The position numbers and the translations under genes were made by a program. Source: Azolla caroliniana (lineage: Eukaryota > Plantae > Polypodiophyta). Taken from it: a stretch of 64,000 nt of DNA. This document shows positions 24,707 through 37,499 of this stretch, in pieces. The notes beneath the pieces were generated by a model. It was given only the letters and a program-made list of their open reading frames with translations, was not told where the DNA came from and made no database searches. Where the stretch lies: positions 16,864,001 through 16,928,000 of the forward strand of contig JBHGNT010000009.1 of assembly GCA_043228905.1 (NCBI GenBank), written 5' to 3'. Every line of letters starts with the position of its first letter. Within the stretch, counting starts at the first letter, position 1.

Positions 24707-25837
24707 TGTCGTGTGGTTTTTCACACATGATATGAAAACTATGTAAAAAAATAATGAAATAATTATTTTAGATTAGATTAGTAGCTTGTTATAGAAAGAT
24801 GGATGTACTCAAGAGCTTTAAAACGCATTTCACTACATACAAAATGGAAGTTATGAGAACATGAAGTTTGAGAAGATAGAGAAAATAGAACTATGATTTA
24901 TCCCACATAGATAGGAAACTTAAGGGCCTGGCTATATAAGCACATTGAGATCTCTCATTTTTCATTGGTTTTAAGAGCACTTTGGCCACTTTGTCTAGAT
25001 GGATGAATGTGGCCAAGTTACCAAAAAAACCAAACCGGAATTGGCCGGAAAGCAAATCAGAACCGATCGGAAAGCAAATCGGAATCGGCAGGTAATCAAA
25101 TCGGAACCAACGAAACCAGCAATCGGATGGAGTCGGAAACCGGGCGGATCCGACAACCGGCGATCGGGCGGAATCGGCGACCAGACAAGGCTGGACACGG
25201 ACCGGACGGATTGGATGGGCGGTGATCGAGACAGACAGATGATAGGATCATGTGGCTATTTTTATTTTCTATTCCTTCTTAGCTCTCTTATCTTATTGAA
25301 GCCATAACACTCAAAAACCACCCTAATTTCCTTATGGAAGCCAAAAACCCTAATTTTCCATACGGAAGCCATATCATTCATAAACCCTAATTTTCCCTAC
25401 GGAAGCCATAACACTCAAAAACCCTAAATTTCCCTACGGAAGCCATATCTCTCATAAACCATAAATTTCAATACGGAAGCCATATCTCTCATAAACCCTA
25501 ATTTCCATACGGAAGCCAAAAACCCTAAATTTCCCTACGGAAGCTATTGAACTCATAAACCATAATCTCTTATCAAAGCCAAAAACCCTAAATTTCTATT
25601 GAATCCATATTTAGTTTCTTCTAATCTATTATTCTAGTAATCTCCATAAGCTAAACTTTTGTAATCCCAATCTTGGGATTGATTGTAATCTTTCTTTTCC
25701 TTTGTTAATGAAATTTGTCAAAATCTTTCTTATTTTCATTAATTGTTAAAAATATAAACACACGAATGTGATATCCTCTAGTCGGAGGCCCTGGGTCTTG
25801 CCTCAAGTTCACGTGTCCTCGTCGTATTTTTGCGACA
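24707..25837 (+). mobile_element. Solo LTR (~1.13 kb) inserted in the 5' LTR of A
   Basis: TGTCG...CGACA termini; absent from A's 3' LTR; flanks CTGG/CCGG (probable 4-bp TSD); TATA ctatataag at ~24933. Confidence 0.85.
25298..25612. repeat. ~30-40 bp tandem array of AAACCCTAA..ACGGAAGCCA units inside the solo LTR
   Basis: About 9 degenerate units visible. Confidence 0.85.
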
Positions 25838-25939
25838 CCGGGTCCATCCGTTCGCTTCTGAAAATCATAATAATTCTAGATTAATTATCCCTTTCCCATT
25901 CTGGACTCTATCCGGCTCTTAAGTCTTTGCCGACCAACA

Positions 25940-27008
25940 TCTATTTCCTTAACCACGTATGGGCCAAACCATCATTTCACAAACTTTCGAGTAGTGCTAT
26001 GCTGATTATTAAGGCTGCTATCATAGACAAGTACCCAATCTCCTTCTTCAAATTTTCGTAGACGAAGATGATGCTTTTTATCAAATTCTCCTTGTTCCTC
26101 AATTGAGCCTCACGTAACCATTCTATTGCTAGCTCAACATCTTTGGGTCTCCGTTATAATTGTTGGATCCTTGTACCTAGCAAGTCTTCTCGACTCATCT
26201 CCCCTTGCCATGGCAAAGCCGTCCATGAGGTAACACTTTGCTCGATAGGCATGATTGGTTTTTGCCCTAATATGAGCTTGGACAACATATATCCAGTAGT
26301 CGTGCTATGTGTAGTTCTATCGGCCCACAATGCATATGGTAATAATCATGGCCAGTCTCGCATCTTCCCATCGCAAGCCTTTGCTAGAGCTTTTACAATC
26401 GGGCTATGTCCCCGCTCCACCTTTCCATTTGCCTCGGGGTTGTATGCCATGGTAAGTGATAATTTGACGCCTATCCTTGAGAAAAACTCTTTAGCTTCAT
26501 TTGCATCTAATTCTCCTCTATCGGCTACTATTTTGCCGACACATCCGTATCGACAAATAACATCTTCAAGGAGAAACTTGCAAACCGCCAAAGTTGTTTT
26601 ATTCCTTAGTACCCGACCTTCTACTTGGTTGGTGAGATCCTCTCTTGCTAGCATGAGGTATCTCATTTGCCACAATCCCATTGGCATAACCACTATGTCT
26701 ACCAACCACTTATAGTGCATTGATAATGGATATGTCGGATGAAGTTCATCCCTATGTTGAACATTTGAGTATAATTGGCATTGCGCACATGTTTCAACAA
26801 TACTTCTCCTTGTAAAGACCCGCCCACCAATACTTCTCCTTGAGATTTGCAAAAGTTGCCCATATACCTTGATGACCTGCCCACACACTATCATGAAAAT
26901 CAGCAATTAGTGTTTGTTGATCTTGTTTCTTGCACACCACTCGAACTAGAGTTCCATTCTTCCTCTTTGGAAACTTCTATAGATGTCCTTCTTTGAGAAA
27001 GAACTTGT
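25940..27008 (-). mobile_element. Gypsy element E, fragment 1: integrase
   Basis: LAREDLTNQVEGR, EDVICRYGC..IVADRGE, AYNPEANGKVERGH; downstream WFGPYVV. Confidence 0.85.
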
Positions 27009-27444
27009 TGTTAACTCTTAGGGCCGGACAATGGCCTAACACAGGGTGTCTACGGAAGACACTTCACCAAAGGGTGTTACGGCAACAAGATTAGACTCAA
27101 CGATTAATCCGACTTAATTAAGTTACTTAGCATGATCGTCTTTCATAATCACACGCGTAAGATATAACAATTAAGGTAGAACGGCAATTAACACAGAGAG
27201 ATAACAACACTAAGCTTTATTAATTAACCGCTATTCATTACATTGTATCCGGGCCTTTAAATAGGTTTCCGGTATGTATTACAAAACGGTGCCATCCACA
27301 CCTGTTCGGGATCGGTCCGGATCCGGAACGGCATACCGATTCCGGTCCGTTCGTCCACACTCATAGCTTAATTACAACCACATTCCTACTACTTAAATAA
27401 CTCTCCGTTTCCCTCTCTGGACTCCTTTGCCGGCTGGTAACACA

Positions 27445-27489
27445 TGGCACGCCCGTGGGACAGTACCTTGTACGTCGAATCCACAACCG
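27445..27489 (-). promoter_or_regulatory. tRNA-3'-end-like motif (antisense PBS) in place of the PPT, element B
   Basis: TGGCACGCCCGTGGGAC-agtaccttgtacg-TCGAATCCACAACCG begins 2 nt inside the LTR boundary. Confidence 0.82.
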
Positions 27490-29083
27490 ACCCTTGCTAT
27501 TCTTCGTCCAAAATATCCAGAATGCTTTGTTCGAGAGTCTCCAATGGTTCATCTGGAATTGGTTGTTGTTGTTGTTGCTCGGTTGATGTCTATTGCGACG
27601 GGTCCGTTGATGGCTGCTGCGGCTGCTCCTCCGTTTGTTGCTCTGACACCGGTGTCTCCGTCGTTGCTCCCTTCGTCGTAGTGGTCTCCGGTTGATTGGT
27701 TCCGGGCTGGCCCTCAGCTGGCGACGGTTCCTCATCACTAAGGTTAACCGTTGCCGCTTCCCGTGCTTTTTCTTCCCGAACCCGGGACCGCTCGTAGCTT
27801 TCAAACTGGATTTGAGCGTCCAGCCTATCATCGTCTAGCTGAGCTACGAGTTGCCTGACCTGCGCCAGCTGTTCATCCGCCAGGACTTGGAAGTCGTCGG
27901 CCAACTCGTCTCGTATGGCGGTGAAGTCCTCGGAAGTCAACGTATAACAATCATCTCCTTCCTTCCGCCGGTTTGCCGCGTCTGCCCGTAGCAATTGGAG
28001 TTCCGCCGTGTCTCCGGCTCCGTTGCCATCTCTGTATGGCCATAGTCCGATGTTGCTGCTTTTTTTTTTTTTGCTGCCGCTTGTTGTCCGGCCTCCTTCG
28101 TTTTTCTTGACGTGTTTGTCCGGCTGTCGTTCATCCGACCGCCTCTATTCCGCTTCAAATGTTGTCTGGCCCTTGCTTTTCCGCTTCTCTGGCCGAATCT
28201 CTCATCTTTGTTAGTTGTCTTGTTTCCCTAGTGTCTCCATCGCCGCTGTCCAGCGTCGTCATTGTCTGGCCCGTCCGGTCCGGCCGCCTCCGTTTCGGCA
28301 CCGTTCGGCCACTCCGACCGCTCTCCAGCCACTTTGACCATTTCTGTGCATTTCAGCCGCTCCTTGGATGTCTGTCTATTGTCTTCCGATTGTATGTTGT
28401 TTTCCCGGTCATCTGTCCAGTTCTCCGGCCACTCCAGCCACTGTCTGGCTATTTCGGCCCTACTGGCCGCTCTTTCCGCTGTTTGGCCCATCTGGCCATG
28501 TCTGTCCGGTCCATCTCCAGATGTCTCTGTAGCCGGCCTTGTCAGCCCTGTTCGACCAATTTGCAGTTGGTCGTCTGTTTTGGCCGAGGTTCGCCCGTCT
28601 CCGTCACCGTCCGATCGTCGTCCGGTTGCTCTTCAGCAGTTGTTCGGCCATTACGACCGTTCTCCGGCCACTTCGGCCGCTCCGGTTGCTCCTGTCCGGT
28701 CACTCTCCGGCCTATCCGACCGCTCGAACTACTGTCTGGCCGTCTCCATCTTCGTTGTTGTTCGGCACGAACAACCATGTCTTTCTGGCTATCCGGTTGT
28801 TGTCGTCCCGCTCATCTTCGGTCCCCATCGTTGTTGTTGTCGATCTCTGTCATTCCAGTTATCGCTATGATTGTTTCTTCTTTTTTTCGTTAACATGGCC
28901 ATTTCCAACGCATTGTGGTCGCCATTTCTTGCAAATTACTGATTCGATTTGCTACTCATCATAAATTCGATTTCTCGCACATCATCGTCACCATTATCAC
29001 ACATTTCGTCGTTGTTGTCTCTGCCACGTATTAATCTTCGACTTCGTCTCCAAAAAGGGGTCGCCTTAGTGGTCGGCAAAAGG

Positions 29084-29321
29084 TGTTGTAGGTTTTAGAG
29101 TTAGGGTTAGGGTTAAGGATGATGATGGTTAACGATGACGAAGATAGACATGGTGAAATAGCAAAGATGATGAAGAGTATGATGGTGAGAGAGATTGACA
29201 TGAAGATGTTGAGAATTATTGAGAAGCATTGCGGGGTAAGGATGACATTGATGAGCATTGCGGGGTGGGGGGTGGTGCCTAGAATGGCTCCACCCCCCTC
29301 CCAAGGGGTTCAACGTTGAGG

Positions 29322-29372
<51 letters not shown>

Positions 29373-29652
29373 AAAGAGAGATAGATAGAAATGTTCATTC
29401 ATTCCCCATAAGGGGGTTAAATAGTACAAGAGGGGGTAGATACATAGGGGTGTAAGCCCCCTAGAGCATTCATATTGGACACTCACTCACACCTCATCGT
29501 ATCCCTCCACATGCACACATGTGTGCATGTGTTCACATACATATCGACTCACAATTACATTTATGTTCCCTACACATATACAACATCATCATGATAATAT
29601 TCGACCCTCGCTCATCACACTTGACTCTCCGTACATCTCATACGGGGTAACA
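29084..29652 (-). mobile_element. Single foreign LTR inside B, flanked by its own tRNA-like 3' motif (29658-29697) and a PBS-like site (29069-29078)
   Basis: Minus strand: GGGCGTGCCA-tattg-TGTTACCCC...CTACAACA-ccttt-TGCCGACCAC; contains (GA)n at ~29324-29369; no TSD. Confidence 0.72.
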
Positions 29653-30461
29653 CAATATGGCACGCCCGTGGGAAAGTGCCTTGCACGTCGATCCCACATG
29701 CCTTGATGATGATAACTCTTCGACCGGAACTTCCATCGGTCCTTTCAACGATCGACTCCCTCGATCGGAGCGCTTGACTCGATCATCTCCATCGGTCAGC
29801 GACTTTTCCGCGACACGAACATTCTCATGCTGTCGTCTTACGAACTTTGGTATCCTCTTTCGGGTCCTTAAAAATGTTGTGTATGTATGTTATTCTTTGT
29901 TGATTTTGTGAGTTTTCGTGGTCGATCACGTCCATTTCTTTAGGTGGATGAGATTTCAAAATTTCATAGGTGCCCTTTGATTTTTAAAATTTTCGTATAT
30001 ACCCTCGGGTTTTTACAATTATGTTTGATACCCTCATCTTTCTTTTTCTTCTTTCCTTCTCTTCCTGTCTTTCTCTTCTCTCTTCTTCTTATTTTCTGCA
30101 TGTCTGCCTCTTTCTTCTCTGTGTTGTCTTTGTTTTGGTTGTCGTGGTTGGTCGTCTATCCAGCCCATTTGGCCACTCCGGCCACTGTTCGGCTATTACG
30201 GTCGCTTCGGCAATTCCTCGGTCACTCTTTGGCTGCTCGTCTGTCTCCATCTCCCGTCGTGGCCATCTCCGACCACTGATGCCGTCCTTGTCCAGCCGCC
30301 TCCATTCGGCCACTACGACCGCTCTTAGGTCGCTCTCCGGCCTCTCCTCCGTCTCTGTCGGTGTCCGATCGTCCTCCTAATCTTCCGACCGTGCGTTCGG
30401 TCCGTCGTCCCGGTCGTCTTGTCCACTGTTCGACAATCAATGTGGCCGCGCGCTTCCGGCC

Positions 30462-33400
30462 TCACCGGCCGTTTCCATCATTGTCTCGGCCGCTGTGCTC
30501 AAATGGGTTCTTAGGCATCGGTCCTCTATATGGCTTCAATCGGAATCCGTTGACCCATTTGCCTAGCACTTCGCCGGCAAGTGTCCCTAACTGGTAGGAC
30601 CCATTATACTCACGTGTTAGCCAATACGGTCCGGTCCATCTAAACCGTAGTTTACCCGGCATCTTGCCCATCCGGGTCTGAAATACTAACACCAGTTTGC
30701 CGATTGCGAACATTTTTTTGTTTCCTTTCCTGTGCCGGTCGACAAATGCTTTCCGTCGCCGTTGTTCGATTTCTAAGTGCAGGATGCTTGCCAGTCGTTG
30801 TTCCTCGAGTTCACACAACGCTGTTAACCGTATTGCCTCCGACTCCTTCTCGTTCAGCCATTCCCGTAGCTGGATCCGTAAGCTGGGTACTTGGAATTCC
30901 ACCGGCATTACCGCCTCTAGTCCGAACGCTAACCGGAACGGTGTTGTTCGGATGCTCGTCTTGTATGCCGTCCGGTATGCCCAAAGCGCGCTATGTAGCT
31001 TGGTATCCCAATCCGTTCGGTTTTCGTTGACGATCTTCCGAAGGATATTCTGGAGCGTCTTGTTCGTTGATTCCGCTAAACCGTTCGCTTGCGGATAGTA
31101 AGGTGTGCTCCGTTTGTGGACAACGGCATAGAATGTCGTCAGGCTTTCCACTTCTTGGCCGAGAAAGTGCCCCCCTTGGTCGCTTATTAATTCGATTGGG
31201 CATCCGTAACGGCACCAGATGTACTCGTATAGAAATTTTGCTGTTGACGCAACGGTGTTGTCCCTTAATGCTTTGGCCTCCACCCATTTCGTGCAGTAAT
31301 CCGTCGCGACGATGACGTACCGATTACCCGTTCTCATTGCCGGTGGTTTGAACGGTCCAACAAAGTCCAGCCCCCACTTCTGGAATGGCTCGAGTGGTAG
31401 TACCGGCTGGTGCGGCATACGAGCCTGCTCCGTTGGCTGGCCCATTCTCTAGCATAGGCCACATTCTTTTGCGTACCGTACCGCATCTCCTAATGGCGTT
31501 GGCCACCCATAGGCCACTTTGCCATATTTTCCTGGCCGTTGCATCTCCGGCATAGTGACCTCCGACAACTCCGCAGTGGGCTTCCCTCAGTATTAGGTCC
31601 TTTTCATCGCTGCGCACCACCCGTCTCCATATGCCGTCCGCACCCTTGTGGTAAAGTGTGTCTTGCAGTAAGCAGAAATGTCGGCTTTGCACCGCCAGGC
31701 GTTTCCGTTCGTCCCGGTTCATCTCTTTTGGAGGCAGTCCTGTGCTCAGAAACTGGTGCATATTTGTGAGCCACTTGTCTTCCTGTGCCACCGTCTCATC
31801 TGCTGCCGTTTCCGTAGTGACTCGAAATAGCTCCGCATCCGGAAACTCATCCGCTACTCCGTCACCCGTCTCTCCGGACTTTAATTGGCTTAAGTAATCC
31901 GCCACGACATGCTGTATACCGGGTCGGTGGAATATTTCAAACTCGAATTCCTGTAACAGTAAGGTCCACCGGGCCAATTTGCCGGTGAGTGACGCTTTGG
32001 ACACCAGGTAAAGGAGTGTCGAATGATCTACATGGAAGGAAAACTTCCTTCCCAATAAATAATGCCAAAACTTTGTCACACTGTAGATCATCCCTAGAGC
32101 TTCCCGTTCCGTGGTAGAGTAGTTCCGTTCTGCTTGGGATAGCTTTCGGCTGGCGTAGTACACTGGCTGGTACCACTTTGGCTCTGTAAGCTGCATCAGT
32201 ACGCTTCCGATTGCGATGTCGGAGGCGTCCACGAACACGTGAAATTCTTTACTCCAATCCGGAGGCTGCACTACCGGTGCTTGCGACATAGTACCTTGAG
32301 GGCCCTATACGCCCTATCCTCGGTGTCGGTCCACTGGAATGGTGTCCGATGTACGACGGCATGCAATGGTGTAGCCAGGTCGGCCAAGTATCGGAGCATC
32401 CGGCTGTGCCACCGGATCTAGCCTAAGAACCGGCTTAATGCCTTTGCCATTGCCGGCGCCGGTGCTTCTAATATGGCTTTCACTTTGTCCGGGTCGACTG
32501 CAATACCTTCCTGGCTCACAATATGTCCTAATAGCATTCCACTGGACACTCCAAATACACACTTTGCCGGATTCAAGCTTAGCCGGTACGCTCTACACTT
32601 TTCAAGACAAAGGCGGAGGTGCTGAAAATGGTCCTCCTCCCGGCTATAGACGGCGAAATCGTCAAGGAAAACCTGCATAAAAGCCGGAATATATTCACCA
32701 AAGATTTCCATGATGATTCTTTGAAATGTTGCCGGTGCCATTTTGAGTCCGAACATCATCACCACGGCCACAAACACCCCCCATTCGGTGACGAAAGCCG
32801 TTTTCTCTTGGTCGTCGGGGTGCATCCGGATCTGATTATACCCGCTGAATCCGTCTAGGAAGCTATAGACCTCATGGCCGGCGACGGCATCCAACACTCC
32901 ATCTGTGAACGGAAGTGGAAATGCATCCGTTACCGTAGCTGCATTGAGTTTCCGGTAGTCCACACAAACTCGAATTTTTCCGTTCTTCTTCGGTACGACT
33001 ACGATTGGGCTCAACCATGTCGCTTTTTTTACCGGACGGATAAAGCCAACTCTTAGCAGTTTGTCGATTTCCTCCTTGACTTTGGCGGCATAATTGGGAT
33101 TCATCTGGTACCGTCTTTGTGCCACTGGTTTTGCGTCCTTGCTCAAGTGAACCTGATGCTGGTATAACTGAGGGTCGAGTCCTTGCATGTCTTCGTATGA
33201 CCAGGCGAACACATCGCGAAATTCCGTGAGAAGTTTGATCATCGCCGTTTTGTCTTCGGACTTCATCTCCTTGGCGATGTGCACCGGTTTTGCTTCGTCC
33301 GTGGTCCCTAGGTTCACCTCTTCCAGTTGCGACGCTTTTACGCGCTATGAAACGGCCATTTCCCATTCCAACGCTTCCTGCACTTGCCGTAACTCCCGGA

Positions 33401-36140
33401 TTGCGTCTTTATCCGGTTCTGCTTCAGCCTCTTCCAGTTGCGGTAAGTATGGTGCTACTGCTTCGGCAATGTCAATTTCAAAGAGGGGTATGATCTTCGG
33501 GTTTTCCTGCAAGTATTGAGCTTCTTCTTCGTCAGCTAACCCTTCTAGCATGTTGACGCATTCCGCATACAACGGTGTACATTCCTTGCCAGTGCTCGTC
33601 CTTGGCTGTGTTGGTACCCGTACCTTGGCTTTTCCTCGCCGGAAGGTAATTATATTTTTCCTCCAATTCTGTTTGATATGTGCTGTTTTCAACCATGGCT
33701 GCCCCAACAATAGCGGGTATGCGCCTTGTGCCTGTAATTGTAGCACTACTGCCGAGATGTGAAATGTATGACCGCCGACGGTGACTTCTAATTTCCGTAT
33801 TAATCCTGTCGGCCGCACTGAGCTTGTATCGGCCATCCGCAACCCGAACGGACACGGCTCCCACTCGTGGATTCCTAGGGCATCACACGTCCGGAGGCTT
33901 ATTACATTCACCCCAGAGCCTCCGTCTATAACTGTGCCGGGGAGTTCTTTCCCTTTTACAATGGCAATGATTACCGGACTGCTTGTGTCCACCACCGTTG
34001 GTCCCTCCTCCGGATTCGAGAAGAGTACCGGTGCCGGTGATGGTTCTCCTGCCGTCATGGCCGTCTTCAGTCCTTCCGTGAATCTTGGCACGAGTTGTAG
34101 GAGTCTTCCTAGTGGTAACGTAATCTGGCATTCTTGCAACGCCTGCCATGTCTCGTTCTCGGAGTGACTACCGCCGGCAAGCCCTACGGTGTTCTCCTTT
34201 TGCCGCTTTAAGTCTGTGACATTCTGCTCGTTTGCTTTCTTTACCCATTTCGTTGCTTGTTTCCGGATGGTCTCCTGCGTCTCCCATTCCTTGGCCATGC
34301 CCTTCGACCTTGTGGTCACCTGTTGCAAATCTGCCACCTCAGGGACTACCATATTTACCGCCGATCGTTTTTCATAGCTCTTCACCGGGCATTGATTACT
34401 ATAATGGCCTTCCTGTCGGAAGTAGTAGCAGTAGGCTTTCCGGGTATTGCTAGATTCAACATTGTCTGTTGTACCCGGGGCAGGTCCTGTGGTATGCGCG
34501 GGGTTTTGGACTGGTTGGCTGCTTGGAGCTCCTTGTTCCGGATCCCGTGGGTAGCCGCCTTTTTTAATATGCCGTTTTTTGTTATAGCTCTTCTTATTGC
34601 GGTACTCTTGACGAGGTTGCCCGTTATATTTGCCGTATTCCTCCCGTTGCTGACGATACCCGGGGGAGTGCTCCCAGTTGTAGTGTTCGTATCGTCTATT
34701 GTAGTCCCGGTACTGATCATGCCGGTCATAGTTATCCCGCCGATCACCGTACCGGACATCATTCTCCCGTCGATCGCCATACCGGACATCCTGTGCCGGT
34801 CGGTCACGGTCCATTCGCCGCCAATGTTCCTCTTCTTCATATTGGTTGCTGCGTGGCTCAATTTGTCGGACGGGCGGTGCTTGCCGGTTCAATAGATTAT
34901 ACTTGCACCTATCCGTCGTATGGCCCTTGGATTGAAAGATTACACATTGCGTCCTCATAGTGCATTCTAGAGCCGAGTGTCCAGAATTCAAGCAGGTTGT
35001 GCACTGTATTGCTTGCCGAAACCGGAGGTCTTCATCGGACGGTAACGCCCGTTGGAGTGCTCCCAGTGTGAGCCAGGAGCTTGTCTTTTCCATCTCTCTC
35101 ACCCGGTCAATGACCTAGTCGATGGTACTTGTGTGGAAGTCAATTACCGTGCAAACCATGCGTAGGGGTTCCCGGAGCGTGTTTAGGAATATAGTCCGTA
35201 ATTCCTCCTCCGGGGGTGCGCGGGCAAGCTGACTATGCATCCGTTGAAACCGGATGACAAATTGGGGAATGCTCTCCCTTGCCTCCTGTCGGATGGTATA
35301 AAATAAGCCTACCATTACGGTCTGGTCCACCTCCTTTTGGAAAAAATGCAAGAATTTAGCTTTTAAATCTGCAAAGGTGTTGATGGTAGATGGGTCCTGC
35401 GTCCGGCGCCATCTTGCTGCCGGTCCCTCCAATGTGACGCCAAATTCCGCTATCTTAGAGCGTTCTTCTTCATCCGGGGTCAATCGCTGGGACACATGGT
35501 TGGCTTCCCATGTCTGTTCAAAGGCGTGCACATGAGCTTCCGCGTCCGGATCATCTCTATACTTGGAGTACTGGAACGGCATGTCATCGTCCGGTATCGG
35601 TGCGTGGGCTGGCAGTGTTGGTGCTCGATCCGGAATTTTCTCCGGCGTCGGTGGTTTTTCCTCTTCTTTTGGTGACGGAGGCCTCTCCTCTTCGACTTCC
35701 GGTGTCGGAGGTCGCTCTTCCTCTGCTTGTTCCGGGGGTTCCAGCGTTAGCACTTCTGGTTCCGGTGTCGGTAAGGTATCCGATCCTTCGTCCTCCGGTC
35801 CGCCCAGGGTTTCGTTGCTGCTACGGTAGTTCGTGTGCACGCTGTATTCCCCTTTAGAGTCCGATTCATATGCTGAAAAGGCTTCTGCTTCGCCTTCTCC
35901 GTTTGCCAACGTGTGGAGAAGGGATTCGGTTTCCCGGAGGCTGCTTAGGTTGCTGCCGTCGTCCGGGTGTGATGTTTGCTGTAACCAGAGGGAGTCCTCC
36001 GCTACTCTCCGGATTACGTTGGAAAACGAGCGATCCGCTCTAATTTCCTGCGCCGCTTGTTGGAAAGCCTCGCGTCTCCTTTGCCTTTCGGCAAGGCGTC
36101 GAGTTCGATCTGTAACCAGGTTGTGCGTTGATCTAGACAT
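30462..36140 (-). pseudogene. Element B gag-pol, nearly intact with a few stops and frameshifts
   Basis: EFGVTLEGPAARW (gag), CX2CX4HX4C knuckles, IDGGSGVN (PR), LDGFSGYNQI / VFLDDF (RT), FVDASD / YSTTERE (RH), WGLDFVGP / SDQG / YYPQANGLAE / WTGPY (IN). Confidence 0.94.
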
Positions 36141-36623
36141 CCATCCGTGCCGTCGTTCGCTGCAAAAACAGGGTGGTCGCCAAAAAACTGTGTTAATTCT
36201 TAGGGCCAGACAATGGCCTAACACAGGGTGTCTACGGAAGACACTTCACCAAAGGGTGTTACGGCAACAGGATTAGACTCAACGATTAATCTGACTTAAT
36301 TAAGTTACTTAGCATGATCGTCTTTCATAATCACACGCGTAAGATATAACAATTAAGGCAGAACGGGAATTAACACAGAGAGATAACAACACTAAGCTTT
36401 ATTAATTAACCGCTATTCATTACATTGTATCCGGGCCTTTAAATAGGTTTCCGGTCTGTATTACAAAACGGTGCCATCCGCACTGTTCGGGATCGGTCTG
36501 GATCCGGAACGGCATACCGATTCCGGTCCGTCCGTCCACACTCATAGCTTAATTACAACCACATTCCTACTACTTAAATAACTCTCTGTTTCCCACTCTA
36601 GACTCCTTTGCCGGCTGGTAACA

Positions 36624-37007
36624 CTTGTAGGCCTTCTTCCTAATTCAGTAGAAGTCTTCCTTTCACCATGATTCATCCTTTGTAAGAGAGCATAAGTACT
36701 TGCTAATTTCGATGAATTCACCCTCATAACCTTCTACTTTAAACACCACTAGCACCCAAGAACAAGAAACCATAAAGAAGTTTAGGCCAACATCTTCTTC
36801 ATCGGAGCGCGGATCTTCTTCACCCTCATACCTTGCCCTTGACAACATATCGGCCACCACATTATGCTTCCTAGTTATATGTCGAATCTCGGGGTTGAGC
36901 GACTTGATATAGGCAATTCATCGTAGCATAACAATATCCGGATATCATCCCGAGAATAGGTAGACAATCGGTTTCAATTATTATTTCCGTTCCGATAAGG
37001 TAGTCGC
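36624..37007 (-). mobile_element. Gypsy element E, fragment 2: RNase H end and linker
   Basis: HITRKHNVVADMLSRARY; continuous with the other E fragments across the TSDs. Confidence 0.8.
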
Positions 37008-37448
37008 TGTTGCCGATTAGGAACACGGTCCGCGGTCAGTCCTTCGACCTAGACCTCCAGGTGGGTGTGGAACAATGAATAGGCGTCTAAGCATAATGCG
37101 TAGGGGAATGTTCCATGTAACCTATCAACGTATAAGGGAGACGGCTACAACCGAATCCTTAGCAAAGGTTACACTTACGTTCTTACACGCTTAGGTCTTC
37201 AAGATACACACAGTGGATTAGCCGTAGCTATACACAGAGAATCAGAGAAGATAGAATTCTATTATGAGACGTTTCTTACATTCCCAAAATTACACGCTCC
37301 CTCTATCAGAGGTTTTCTGCCCTTTATATATGCATGGTCTATTTAGCCGTTCACGCTTCCTGCGTGAACCGTTACATGCGTTATGATCTTATATTATTTC
37401 TTATTCCTACGCTCTTGTCCGTTGGTTACTATTCCGGCGGACAACACC

Positions 37449-37492
37449 TGGCACGCCTAAGGGACAATGTCCTAGCACGTCGGACCCATCCC
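37449..37492 (-). promoter_or_regulatory. tRNA-3'-end-like motif (antisense PBS) in place of the PPT, element C
   Basis: TGGCACGCCTAAGGGAC-aatgtcctagcacg-TCGGACCCA begins 2 nt inside the LTR boundary. Confidence 0.75.
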
Positions 37493-37499
37493 GTTAATC

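Larger units (their letters stand above)
15880..25939 (-). mobile_element. Gypsy element A (non-chromovirus, extra 3' ORF), deletion derivative; 5' LTR 24356-25939 (contains a solo LTR), 3' LTR 15880-16298 (outer ~30 bp lost)
   Basis: Matching LTRs starting TGTTGGTCGGC; PBS TGGCGACCAC at 24339-24348; zinc knuckles, protease VDGGSDVN, RT N-half (LDGF..YNQI..TFQR) joined directly to the coiled-coil extra ORF near 21700. Confidence 0.9.
27009..36623 (-). mobile_element. Gypsy element B with both LTRs (3' 27009-27442, 5' 36191-36623), nested in E
   Basis: TSD CTTGT on both sides; LTRs TGTTACC...TTAACA; PBS TGGCGACCAC at ~36173-36182; gag-PR-RT-RH-IN order. Confidence 0.97.

Noticed and set aside
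29095-29118. TTAGGG repeats as interstitial telomere
   Set aside because: Only 2-3 units inside an LTR; too short.
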